DNA of 64,000 nt from assembly GCA_047601445.1 (NCBI GenBank), contig JASGJH010000001.1:5664001-5728000 (forward strand), in the 5' to 3' direction. Numbering within the stretch: position 1 is the first letter of the stretch; every line of letters begins with the position of its first letter. Below, piece by piece: positions 49,487 through 61,000 of the stretch. The position numbers and the translations under genes are program-made. The notes below the pieces were generated by a model. It had not been told where the DNA came from and did no database searches. It saw only the letters and a program-made list of their open reading frames with translations. This DNA comes from Myxococcales bacterium. Lineage in GTDB: Bacteria; Myxococcota_A; Polyangia; Polyangiales; DASUME01.

Positions 49487-52400
49487 TCAGGGGGGAAGCA
49501 GCAGCGCGTGGAGGGCGCGTCGCTTGTTGACGCGTCGACTCCAGACCAGCCACGTGCCCTGACTACTGCCCACCAAGCTCGTATCGCGAGCGTCCGAGAG
49601 CGACAGTTCCGTGCGCGCCAGGTCCAGGGCATCTGAGTCCGGGCCGGAACTGGCGAGTGCGCTGCGTGAGGGAGCAGAGCCGGCCTGATACGCGAGCACG
49701 TAACCGGCACCGCTCATCGCGAGAACCGGCATCGACTCCGCCTCGGCTGTGGTCAACAGGGGCTGCAGGGCTCCGACGGGGGATGACCCGAAGCGGCGAA
49801 CAGGGCGCATCTGCACGTTGCCGAGCGGGTCCACGTCCTTCGCGGTCCACGCAACGGCGTAGTCTCCGTTGGGTTGAACCGTAGCCGTGGGTTCAGCATG
49901 CAGACCGCTGGCCAGCTTCAATGTCTCGTAGTCGACTGGGTTCATCGAGGCCGTGAAGCGTCGCGCCAGCACGCCCCGGGCGGTGCTACTCATGGTATCG
50001 CTCTCGGACCAGGCCACCAGGATCTGTCCCAATGAGCTTGCAAGAGTGGGCTCTCGCTGCGAGACCCCGGCCGCCGAGGAGGCGACGGAGATCGAAGCTC
50101 CTTCGGGCAGCCCGTCGGCACCAAACTTGCGCAAGCGTATCCGAGCATCGGCTGCATCCGCTGCCACCTCTACCCAGGCGATGGCAAAGCCGTCGGCGAG
50201 CTCCACCACGCGCGGCTCGACCTGCGCCTTGCCGTTTCCATCGGCCAAGGTGATCCCGGAGCTGAAACCATCGCCGTTCACCAAGGAAAAGACGATGCCC
50301 GATTGTCCCTGGGGCGTGTCACTCGCAAAGGCGACCACGAAGCCGCCCTGGCTCAATCCCGCCACCGTGGGCCTGGCTTGATAGCCGCGTGGAATGCCCG
50401 TCTTGATATCGAACTCGGGACCGAGCTGGTTCCCGAAGGCATCGAAGCTGGCGCCTCGAACAGCCTGGGTTTCTCCGGCCAAGGCGTCGGCCGTGTACAC
50501 GACGAGTGCACGGCCCAGGCCGTCCACCCCCGCCGCAGGCGCGGGTCCAGCGGGCCAGCCCTCCGGGATCGTGGGCTCCAGCTCTCGCGTCTCGATGAAG
50601 CAAGACGAAGAGCAGCCGTCGTGATCGTCCAGATTGCCGTCATCACAGGCTTCGTAGGGCACTCCGTCGTCGCCGTTGGAGCGCGCTCCGTCTCCACAGC
50701 CTGGTTTGTCGCAGGCCCCCGCGACACACTGCCCCTCCTCGGCGCACGGAGTCCCAGTCAGTGGAGTTCGCATGCAGAGCCCGACCACGCACGCCGTCTC
50801 TTCGCAGACGGAGCTCGGACGGCAGCTGCGGCAGCCTTCTCCGGGCTCGCGATAGGCAAGCATGTCGGTGAGGTAGCTGCCCAGGGTTTCGAGATCAGGC
50901 TGTACGTACTGCTCCGGGCTCGCATGGTTTTGCAGGCTGGCGGAACCAAGCAGAGTTCGGCTGCCATGGACCTTCCGAGTCACATAGACCCGGCCATGCT
51001 TTCGTTCCGGAGTGAGCGCGGAGTCCCAGCCTGCCGCGGTGGGCCATGCGAAACCCACAAGGCGAACATGCACGCTGCCGTCCGCGTCCGTGCCCGCGGG
51101 GTGGGCCAAAGATTGCGCTGAGCTGAAGCGAAAGTCGGCCTCGTTGCAATCGTGGCCCGCGAGCTTGCCCGTGGTGGCACACAGAGCTCCTGCATCGGTC
51201 CACCAAAGCTCGACGGTCTTCAGGGGATCCTCGCTCGCATCACTCAAGCGCAGCTCGAGGGTCGGTACGACGGGCTCACCTGCGTCCGCCTCGAACGCCA
51301 AGGACACCCGCGAGCCCAGGGCCATCGCTGCGACCTGCGCTCGAATCTGCTCGCGCTGACCACGCTCCACTGCGCTCCAGCCTTGGCTGCGAGCGATTCT
51401 GCGCGCCATGGCCTGCTCGAGTGCTCCGAGCGCGTGGAACACGCCGCGTGAAGCGAACGCCGAGGGCCAGGCATCCTCCGCGAGGGGCGCACGCCCCTCC
51501 GTGAGCGCATACAAATGAGCCGCTAGCGGAGCGGGATAAGCGGCCTCCGCATCGAGGACTTGGAGCGGGTTGCTGCTTGGGACCGGCCGCAACGTGTTGG
51601 CGCGTGCCTCGGACAGCTGAACCATGCGCACCGCCGCATCGCCGAGCTGTCGGCGCGTCAGTCCGAGTGCGGAGAGGAAGCCGCCCGGAGTCGCCGGCAG
51701 ATCCTGGTAGTCCACAGGGTTCACCGCGACGAGGCGTTGGCGCAAGCGCGACGCCAGCACGTCCCCGTAAGCGACCTCGACGAACTTCTCGCTCGAGAAC
51801 GAGCCATCTTCGAGGGACAGATCGGGCAGCAAAGGATGAAGCCCTGCCTCGCGCAAGCGGCTCTCCGCGAGTGCGTCTTCGGCAAGCAATGCGGGCTTGG
51901 TGACCACGGGAAAGCGACCGAAGGCATCGTCCAAGGCATCGGGGTCGCCATCGGTGCGCGAGTACAGGCCCACGGGAACCGCGAGCAAGAGCCGCGCAGC
52001 CGCCAGCTTCGAATCACGCAGAGCACGTACCGCTCCCTCGACACGATCGGCCGCCCTCGATTCGGTCTCCCAGCGCGCTGCGATGCGGTCGGCTTGCTGG
52101 TACCAGAGATCGAGAAAGCTCGCCTGTAGGTCCGCAGTCTGACTTTGAGCGAGCGTCCACAGCGCGGACTCGAGGGCTGGTTCGTCGTCGCTCGCGGTTT
52201 CGCTCGTCTCCTGGCAGGCAAAGGCGTCGAACACCCTACCCAGCTCCGCCACCAGCGTGAGCCTGAGCTGGTGCTTCCAAAGCGCTAGTGAGAATGCTTG
52301 CTCGTCGTCCTGCGTAGCCACGCCATAGCCGGCGACGGGCGAGCCCGGAGCGCCCTCGAGCTGGCCCAATAGGCACTTGAGCTCGGACAGGCGCTGCAGC

Positions 52401-54572
52401 CCGCGCGTGTCGCAGAGGTTCCCGTCGGGGCCGCGCCCATGGATCGATTCAGCCACGCACGCGGCGGAGACTTGCGCCTCGAAGGCAAGCCGCTGTGCAT
52501 CGAAGGGCTGTGCCAGATCGAAGACCGTGGACGCACCACTCGGATCCTTCAATGTCAGCCTTCGCCCCCACAGCAGGGGCACCGGGTCCTCGGCGTTCAG
52601 CGCGAACTCGAGCTCGCCCGTCGGCGCTCGAGGTTGACGTGGGATGCTCGCCGCCACCTCGTCGCCGTAGACACGCGCCGCATTCTCGTGCGCGTCCGCT
52701 TCCAAAGCGAGGGTAGCGCAGCGCGGCTCCGAGGAAGGATCCAGCGGCCGCGTCGATACCGCGCCCACCACACTGCGCGCATTCGGTGCGCCCTGATCGC
52801 GCCCGCGTTCCGTGAGATAGAGACGCTCCGGAAGATCACCGGAAAAGACCTGAAAGCGAAGTGCCCTGGCGGCTTCGTCGTAGGAACTCGGAAGACTCAC
52901 AACAGGCTCGCAAGGCCGCCCGAGCAGCTTCCCCGTAGTCGCACATGCCGAGTCCCGCTCGCCCGCAAACAGCTCGTAGCGCGGCGACTCTGCGGAGCCC
53001 AGCGCGTCCGGCTCGAGATCCAGCACGGCCAGGTTCAACGTGGTTGCGTCAGGGTCACTGCGGACACAGACCTCGGCGCGACCATGCGCGCTGGCGAGCA
53101 GTGCCATCAACGCGTCGTGCCCCTCGTTCGAGAGATCGAGCTCGAGCGCCTGGCGTGCCATGCGGTAGGCGTACTCCTGCGCGGCCTTGTTGCTCTGGCC
53201 GGTATAGTCGGGACCACTCGTGCCAGTCAGCGTGGCACGAGCTTCCGTGATCGCTCCCACGTAACCGAACGGTGCGCCTACCGTGAGTGCCCGGAGGGTC
53301 TCGAGCGCGTTCGGCTCCTGGTCGCCCAAGCCGCTCCACACGAGCGGCGTCCCCGACACGCGCAACTGCTGCCCCAACCATTGCGCTCCGTGCGCCAAGT
53401 CGGCCTGCGTGACTTGGAAGTGCGCGAGCGCCCCTTCAGCGCCAGCGGCACCGAGTCTCCCGAAGACGAGTGGATCTCTGGCTCCGAAGCGAAGCGAACC
53501 ATGCGTCGAGCAAGCTCGAACCATCGAGCACCTTGCCATGATCGTCCAACACGGGGCTGCCGAGGGCGCTGAGCAGCAGCGCGGCACTCTCGGCGTTCTC
53601 ATCGAAGGGCTCGTACAAGGCAGGGAAGCGAGCTTCGTCGTCCGTAAGCGATACGACCTCGTTCGGCGGTGAGAAGGCGCCGTAGGGGACGGCTAGGTAA
53701 AGCTTGAGTCTCTCGAGCACGCTGTCGTTGAGGGCGCGAGTGGCTTGAGCGCGGGCGGTGAGGTCGCCTGCGGAGCTTGCGTAGCGCTCCTTGAGGCGGG
53801 CGGAGAGAAGCTGGTCGGCTTGGGTTGTGGCTGCGGCGAGTTTGGAGGAGGCTTCGGCGAGTGCGCTGGAAGCTATCGATAGCGAATCGGTGTCATCCTC
53901 GGTCGAAGCGCAGCCGGACGTCTCGAGCTGCGCGCCCGCGGTGCCTATCGCTTGGCGGTACATCGCCACCGAGAGGAGTGCCCAACTCGCGCGATCCTGC
54001 AAGGTGGTGGGGGTCACCGAGAAGGACGCGTCAGTGCGATCTGCGGGCGAGAGGTCCAGCTCCGTCACGTCGTCGCCAACAACGAGCGATGCCGAGGAGT
54101 GCTCTTGAGAGAAGCCGAGCGCGGCGCGAGCCCGGCACAGATCCACGTGCGCTTGCAGCGCTGCACCTGAGCCGCAGGTGGCAGCGAGATCCCACGCGGG
54201 ATTGGTCAGAGACAGTCGCTCGGCAACTTGCGAGCGGCAGGCGCGCTCGAGATCGGCGAAGAAGTCTTGGTAAGTCGGATGGCTTGGATCGTCGAGTGGG
54301 ATGCGCGTGGAGAACGGGGACGACTCTCGGCGGTCGGTCACGGTGACAGTGCGGCCGTAGAGGAGGGGGACGACTTGGCCGGGGGAGGATAAGAGTGGGC
54401 GGGTCCCGGGGAGAGTGAGTGAGTCGGAGGGCGGAGGCGGGAGGGGGATAGAGGAGTCGGGGGCGGGGGGAGGGGAGGAGGGGTGGGGGTTGTGGCAGGC
54501 GGTTGATGCCCCGAGACAGACACCAACGATCAGAACAGAGAGAAGGTCCTTCGGAAGTGATGCGCAGCACAT
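49487..54572 (-). CDS. Giant (~1,700 aa) putative lipoprotein with internal duplication, Cys-rich repeat and C-terminal beta-rich domain; 1-nt frameshift at ~53477
   Basis: Signal LLSVLIVGVCLGASTAC; two overlapping ORFs join when base 53477 is removed; CGDG..EACDDGN..D.DGCS..C. Confidence 0.7.
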
Positions 54573-54612
54573 CGCAAGGCGTGGTCCGTTGACGGCGGGC
54601 GAGACCCGGAGC

Positions 54613-55062
54613 CTATTTGAAAGAGTTGCTATGGCCATCGGCGGTGGTGACAACCACGGTCGCTCCGACGGTCTCGATACCAGTCGGAATTTCGGAAAGC
54701 CCTCGCATCTCACGGATCGACCAGTCACGACTGACCGTCAAAACCTGGTCATCACACACAATGGCTGTGAACTCCGGAATGCAGTAGATCTCGTACAGGA
54801 AGCCGCTGAGTGCGACACAGAAAAGTGTTTCTCCAAGTTCGCTTACACACGCAACGCGTTGGTCGACGCCAATCCAAACCGTGCCATCTCCCTCAACGAC
54901 GACGGGTTCGATCATATCACTCGGCCAAGACAGTCCTAGGGTCGCCTGCGTTCTATTAAGGGTAAGTTTCGCGAACCGGCGCGAGTGCTCATGAACGATC
55001 AGCCGGTTGACCGGTGGCACTTCGGCGAAAATCTCGGCTGAAAGCGGAACCAGTCTACCCAC
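54613..55062 (-). CDS. Putative immunity protein for the upstream Rhs toxin
   Basis: 149-aa ORF starting 9 nt after the toxin stop, AGGA RBS, AT-richer than the host genes. Confidence 0.6.
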   Translation of the reverse strand: MGRLVPLSAEIFAEVPPVNRLIVHEHSRRFAKLTLNRTQATLGLSWPSDMIEPVVVEGDGTVWIGVDQRVACVSELGETLFCVALSGFLYEIYCIPEFTAIVCDDQVLTVSRDWSIREMRGLSEIPTGIETVGATVVVTTADGHSNSFK

Positions 55063-55071
55063 GTCGCATCC

Positions 55072-58000
55072 TCACTTTGAAAAGAGCTTGGGGATTATGG
55101 TCGAGATTTCAGGAGTCAACGACATGTCCCCACCTCGATAAAAGTACTTGACGTCAATGGCTCCAACCTCGCCTACGTTCACCCTTCGGGTTATCGTGAT
55201 TCCGTACTCTGATGTTTTTATCTCTCTTGCCGGAAGATTTCGACCATAAGCGAACAACTCCGTCAATTCTTCTCGTCCACCAGCGGATTCGTCGAAACCA
55301 AGTCGCTTCAAATCTGCTGCGTTCTGAATGGATCGATTCTCGATTGTGAACGTTGGATTTTACGCGTCCAAAGAAGTAATCCCATTTGCCAGGCTTGACC
55401 TCCACCTTGGATGACGCGGGTATCCGCAACGCGTCGTCTAAGAATTCCGATCCTGCGACCTCGTCGAGTTCGCGAAGTGCCACTCGAGCCGTGTCGTCAG
55501 CCGGCTCAACCGCCTGGGACACCGTCCTTGCCGCAAGACTCGCCGCCTTGCGTTCCATTGTGCCGAAGACCTTGCGGGCAAGGAACGAAGTGCCCACCGA
55601 CAGTGCGGCCTCGACTAGGTCAACGACGTCAACTGGATCGCTCGCCGTTTGGCCGCTCTCAGTCTGGCCCCACCGCATCCATTCGCTTGACCCGCCGCTG
55701 CATCTCGCACAGTCGGCCCCGACCTGGCGATACCAAAAGACCTCGTCAGAAACGCTCGAGTCGCGCTGCTTGCGCCACTCGAACTTCGCCCCACGCATGT
55801 CTTCTGGGGCCCACGCGGGGGCCTCGGTGGATTCCCAAGCACTCTGGGCACCATTGCCCTCTGCGGCGCCCTGGAACGCCTCTCGAAGTGCTTCGCCAGG
55901 AATCGCCTCTTGCAACCCCAGCGGATCCCGCGCCTGCAACAGATTCCCGCTCACGTAGTGATACGCATTCAGCGCTTCACCACCGCCCGCCGCGTGCACA
56001 CTCAGCGGATCAGGCGAAGCCCACCTTCCGAGCCGCTGCACCAAATACCGCTCACCGAAGTACGTGAGCCCAACCTCTTCATCCGCCTCTTTGCCCGTGA
56101 ACCCAACGGGCTCGAGCGGGATCTTCGCGTACGTCGCTGGCGGAGGCGCCGGAGGCGGAGCTGCGATTCTCCGGTCCCGCGATGCCCCACTTGGCCGCGA
56201 GCAACGCAGTGATGTCGTCGCGCCTCTCGTCGCTGTGCGCCGTGTTGTACACGACGACGTCGCCCATGAAGCCGGAGAAGGCGTCCTCTGTGCCATCGAC
56301 GTCACCGACAGGACCTACCGGCCAGCCGCCCAAGACAAGGTCGAGATAGGTCCGGTGGATCTCCAGCTCGTACTCGAGGCTTGGATTCCCGTTGATCCAA
56401 GTTCGAATGGTCCCTGACTCGTCGCGGCTCAGGACGTGGACAACGGGTTCGTCCCAGACCTCCTCTGCGTTGTACCAGTGATAGTAGTAAAACTTTTGGT
56501 TAGCGTTCCAAGGTCGGACGTTCTCCCAAACATCGTCGCTCTCGGACCAACCGTCTGGCGGAGTACTCCAGTTCACCAAAGAGACTGTGAAGCCCTGGAA
56601 GTCGTAAGGATTGACTGTCGACCACAAGTAGCCACCAGTCTTCGGGTAGTCCAGCAGCGCGCCCGTAAACTTCGGCGAAGAGACGGTGTACACCGTGAGT
56701 GCGTCGTTTTGTCCAAGCAGCTCCGACAGCACGTGCCGGCCTCGCAGCACTTGGCCCAATTCCTCCTCCTCGGAGAGCGGGACCGGCAAGAACTTGAGAG
56801 CCGCGCGACCATTGATCGCGTTTCCGACCTTGATCGGTTGCTTCTCTGGATCGTCCTGATCCAAGGTTTGGTGGCTGACACGGTCCCAATACGAGCTGAC
56901 GGGACCCTCGTCGAGGTCATCCGGGTTCAGCCAACCGACTAGGTCGGCCGCCTGGAGCGCGTCGGTTGGATTTACCTCCCCATAGCCGCTCGCCGTGAGC
57001 CAATGCTCACGGGCGCCGTTCGGGTAGAAACCGGTGACTTCGGTCAGCTCACCGCTCACCAGATCGACGACCGCGCTCGTGCTGCCAACCAGGTTGGTGA
57101 TGGCAAGCGTAAGACGGTGCTCCGGATCGAAGAGGCTCGAGTGGGTTTGCCGGTTCTTCCAGACCAGGCGAGCGCCAGCGATAAGGTACTGCGCCTCCGC
57201 TTCGTCGCTGACGGGCACCCAGCTGTCGCCATCTTCGGCGTCGACCACCATCCCGCGAAGCTCGAAGTCACCGGGAAACACGTACAGGGCTGCACGCTCA
57301 TCGCTCGAGCCAGCCACTAGCGTGTGCTTCACGGTGCGTTGGTTTTGGCTGTCGTAGCGATAGCGCTGCCGTGCCGCGTAGCTCCAGCTGCCGCCGCTCG
57401 TTCTGTCGTATCGACGAGCCTCTTGCAGGCGATTGAGCGCGTCCCAGCGGTAGACATAGTGCTGTTCGGACTGGCAACTACAACGGCTGCGCAGCGCGCT
57501 ACGTCGCGTGCTCGGATCGGAGCCGCCCGGATCGCTGCACGTGGAGGCGCTCGCATTCACGCAGCGGGCGTGCACGGTCATGGCCAAGAGATTGCCGCCA
57601 CGCCCGTAGTCCGTCTCGACCCAGCCACCGAGATCCGTTGGTGTGCTCGGGTCGAGATTGCTGGCCAGGTAGAGTGCACTCGGACGGCGCGCTGGACTTG
57701 CACCCGTGGCCAAATTCGCGCCATTCGTGATGCTGCCCAGCGAGCGCTCGTAGAACATGTGACCGTCGTCGTCCCACGAGGTCATGTTGGCGAGCCAGTC
57801 GTAGCTGTATTCCAAGTCCACGACGCGAGCGCTGCCTTGCGCCGAGAGCATGGGCGCAGCGGTACTCGCCATGGGGTCCGCGTCGCGATGCTCGTCTTCC
57901 GTGTCGCGCCAGTCGCTGGCGTCATCGAGCGAGTTCCCCGTCTCGTAGACGTGGTTGACGTGCGCAACACGATAGAGGGCATCGTGTGAGATGAACTGAT

Positions 58001-61000
58001 TGAAGGGCTTGTGGCCCCTGGGCCATTCGTAGCCCGGCCGCAGGTCCTCAACGGATACCAGGTTGCTCGAGCCATCCCATGTGAGGCGCTGATCGGTTAC
58101 CACCGAGACGTTGCCCAGGGTGCCCGGCAACGCAGTGGCCGCCGTAGAGCGGGCTGTATAGAGATGGAAAGGCCGCCGACGGGCGTCGTAGATGGTGGAG
58201 CTCGCGGTAGGCGCACGGCCGGTGAAGGCCTGATCGCCGTATACGGTGCGCGACGAAAGCCCATCACGCGTGTAGGACATTTGGGCGACCACCGGATACG
58301 CTGTTTGATCCAATAGGACCTCCGCCCGTCGCACCGCACCGTTCGCGTAATAGTGGAGCTTGCCTCCCACGCTGGGAGCGCCTGCGCCGCCTTGCGGGAG
58401 CCCCATCGCGTAGGGTCGGCCTGCATGGTCGTAGCTACTCGTGCGCTCGTAGGTGTTCTGGGTGTCGTACAGAACGCTAGCGGTGCCCGCATTGGTCTCG
58501 TCGAGCCCGTCGAAGACCGGCCTACCGTCGGTTCCCGTTGACGGCTGAGCAGGGAGGTTCGCAGGCGGTGCGATCACCGCCAACTGCTTGGCGCTCCACA
58601 CGGTGTTGCCGCGTTGGTCATAAGCGACCGCCGATCGCTGCGCGCGGTCTTCGCTGGCGGTGAGCTTCCCCAACACACCGGCGGCATCACTGGGCAGCAG
58701 GCTTCCGGCCCAGCTCGGGTAGGCATCGAAGTGGTAGCGCGCGTGGACCTTGGTCACGCTGCTCGTGAGCCCGAGCGACACGCTGCCCGCGGGCACGTCC
58801 GAGCTCGCGAGCTCGGCGGACTGGGCTTCGCTGCAACTCGCGTATGCTTCACCGACCAGGCGTCCGGCGAGGTCGTAGTAAAAGTTCTGTCCGCAACCGC
58901 GAGGGTCTCGCACGGCGACGAGGTCGCCGGCGCGATTGTACAAGTAGCGCCAGGTTCGGCGCGCCAGCGAGGACTCGGCACGGTTGTCCGTATCGGGATC
59001 TTCCGATGCCACACGGCGGCCGAGGGAATCGTAGTGGAACCGTCGCTCGACATAGGAGCCGAAGATCCCTCCCTCCGGTCGCAGCATGTTGTCGGGCGTC
59101 ATCATGCGCACCACGCGCGTCACGGCGCCGTCCGGCCGGTAGAAGCTGAAGAGCCGGTGATTTTCGTGAGTGCCCCCGCTCGTCACCTGGCGTAGCTGCT
59201 GATCGATGACTCGCCCGTGACCATCCGAGCGCTCCGTGGTGCAACTGCCGCGGAAGTCCTGGTTCCCGTCGGCCGAGAATCCATTGTCGACCTCATCGCA
59301 AAGGTCTCTGCTGAGTGCGTGGTAGCTGATGGAGCTGTACGTGTTGTCTTCGTTTATCGACAGCGTCGGACGTCCGAACGCGTCGAACATCGCTCGCGTG
59401 TACGGCGTATTGGGTCGCGCGATGGCGGCTTGAAAGTCGTCTGCACTGCCGTCGAAATACTCGCTCTGATAGGCCAACCGCGGCTGCCCGCGCTTGGTGA
59501 AGATTTGGCGGCCCGACAAGATAAAAGAGTGAGGTCGACCGTCCTCCCAAGCATCGGCGTCGGTCTCGCCCTCGCTGAGCGTGGCGCGTGCTCTGCCGAG
59601 TCCATCGACATAGCTGTGGTTGACGAGCTGACTGGCAGGATCGCCGTAGCTGCCGCACGAGAGCAACGTCGTCGTGCTCACTCGGCTGAGCGGACGCGCG
59701 GAGGGTACTGTGGTGACGTCGTACTCGATGAGCGTGCTCGGCACCCGGGTGCCGGCACAATCGCGCACGCTTGGAACCACCAACGAGGTCAGGCGGCCAA
59801 GCCCGTCGTAGCTCACCTGACTCAGATACCCGTTGGCATCCTCGGTCGCGACGAGTACGCCCAGCCCGCGATCCCAAGCCGCCGTGGTGGTGAGGAAGTG
59901 GGGAGTGCCTCCAGTGGCGTCCGTGGCGATGGATTCGGACGCGACCAGGTCTTGATAGGCTTCGTCGTAGCCGAGCTGACTGAGGCGTAGGCAGGGGAAA
60001 TTGGTCTGATCCGCAAGGAGGCCACCACCGCATGCCTGGAGCGGTTGTCCCCAGCTATCGTAGGTCGCGGAGCCGAGCTCGTTGTCGGTCGTCTGCGCGA
60101 AGCCGAGCGCCTCGGTCGTGGCCGCGAACTCGAACGCGCCAACGCTCGGCAGCGTCGCGATCTTGCCGGCCATCTTCTGGTCGCCGCAGCTCGTATAGTC
60201 GAACTGGGTTCGCCCGTAAGCAACGCCAGCGCTATCCGCGACGTACGACTCGGCTGTTCGCCATAGCCAGCCGGTGTTGGAACAGGCGTCGTCGTACAGG
60301 CGCGTAGGGGCCGTCACGCTGGCGATCCGCTCATCTCCGACCTGCTCGCCGAACTCGCCGACACCCCCACGTCCCCACGCGGTCTGCTGGAACTGGTTGC
60401 CTACGTTGTCGACCACGTCGATGACATTCCGAATCCGCGCGTAGTGGAACGCGCGGACAGGCACCGCGTGGTTGGCGTCACCGGGCAAAGCCTGAGCCGC
60501 GCCCATTGCCCATGGACCGCCTCCGATGGTCGCCTCCTCGCGGGCTACGCTTTGAAGCGACATCACGGTGGCGCGGCCGTCCGGATTGGACGTGTCGTAG
60601 CGGAACTCGTCCGTGGCCTTGACGAAGGCGTACGAAACATCGCTGCCATTGAGGCCGTGCATCAGACGCCGCACGACGTACCCGGCGTGGCTGGTGCTCA
60701 GGTAGTTTCCGGACTCGTCGAAGACCTCCGTGAGATACTCGCGCCCCTTGAGCGCTTCGTTGGGGTTGTCCGCGAGGCGCTCCGTAGACAGCTCGTTCGG
60801 CCGCTGCCCCTGGTGGAAGTACGTGCGTGTGATGGAGGTCGGCTGATAAGCATCTCCGTACGCGATGGCGTCGGCCGCTCGAAAGCCGCGGAATTCCTGC
60901 TCGATGCCCTCGTAGTAGCCATCGTGGTAGCGATACTCGGTCTCGCTCACGGATGCTTCGGCCCCGAGCACATCGAGCCGGTCCGTGGTCGTGATGCGGC

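Noticed and set aside
54360..54500. G-rich purine tract (possible G-quadruplex)
   Set aside because: Explained by the Pro/Ser-rich linker encoded on the minus strand
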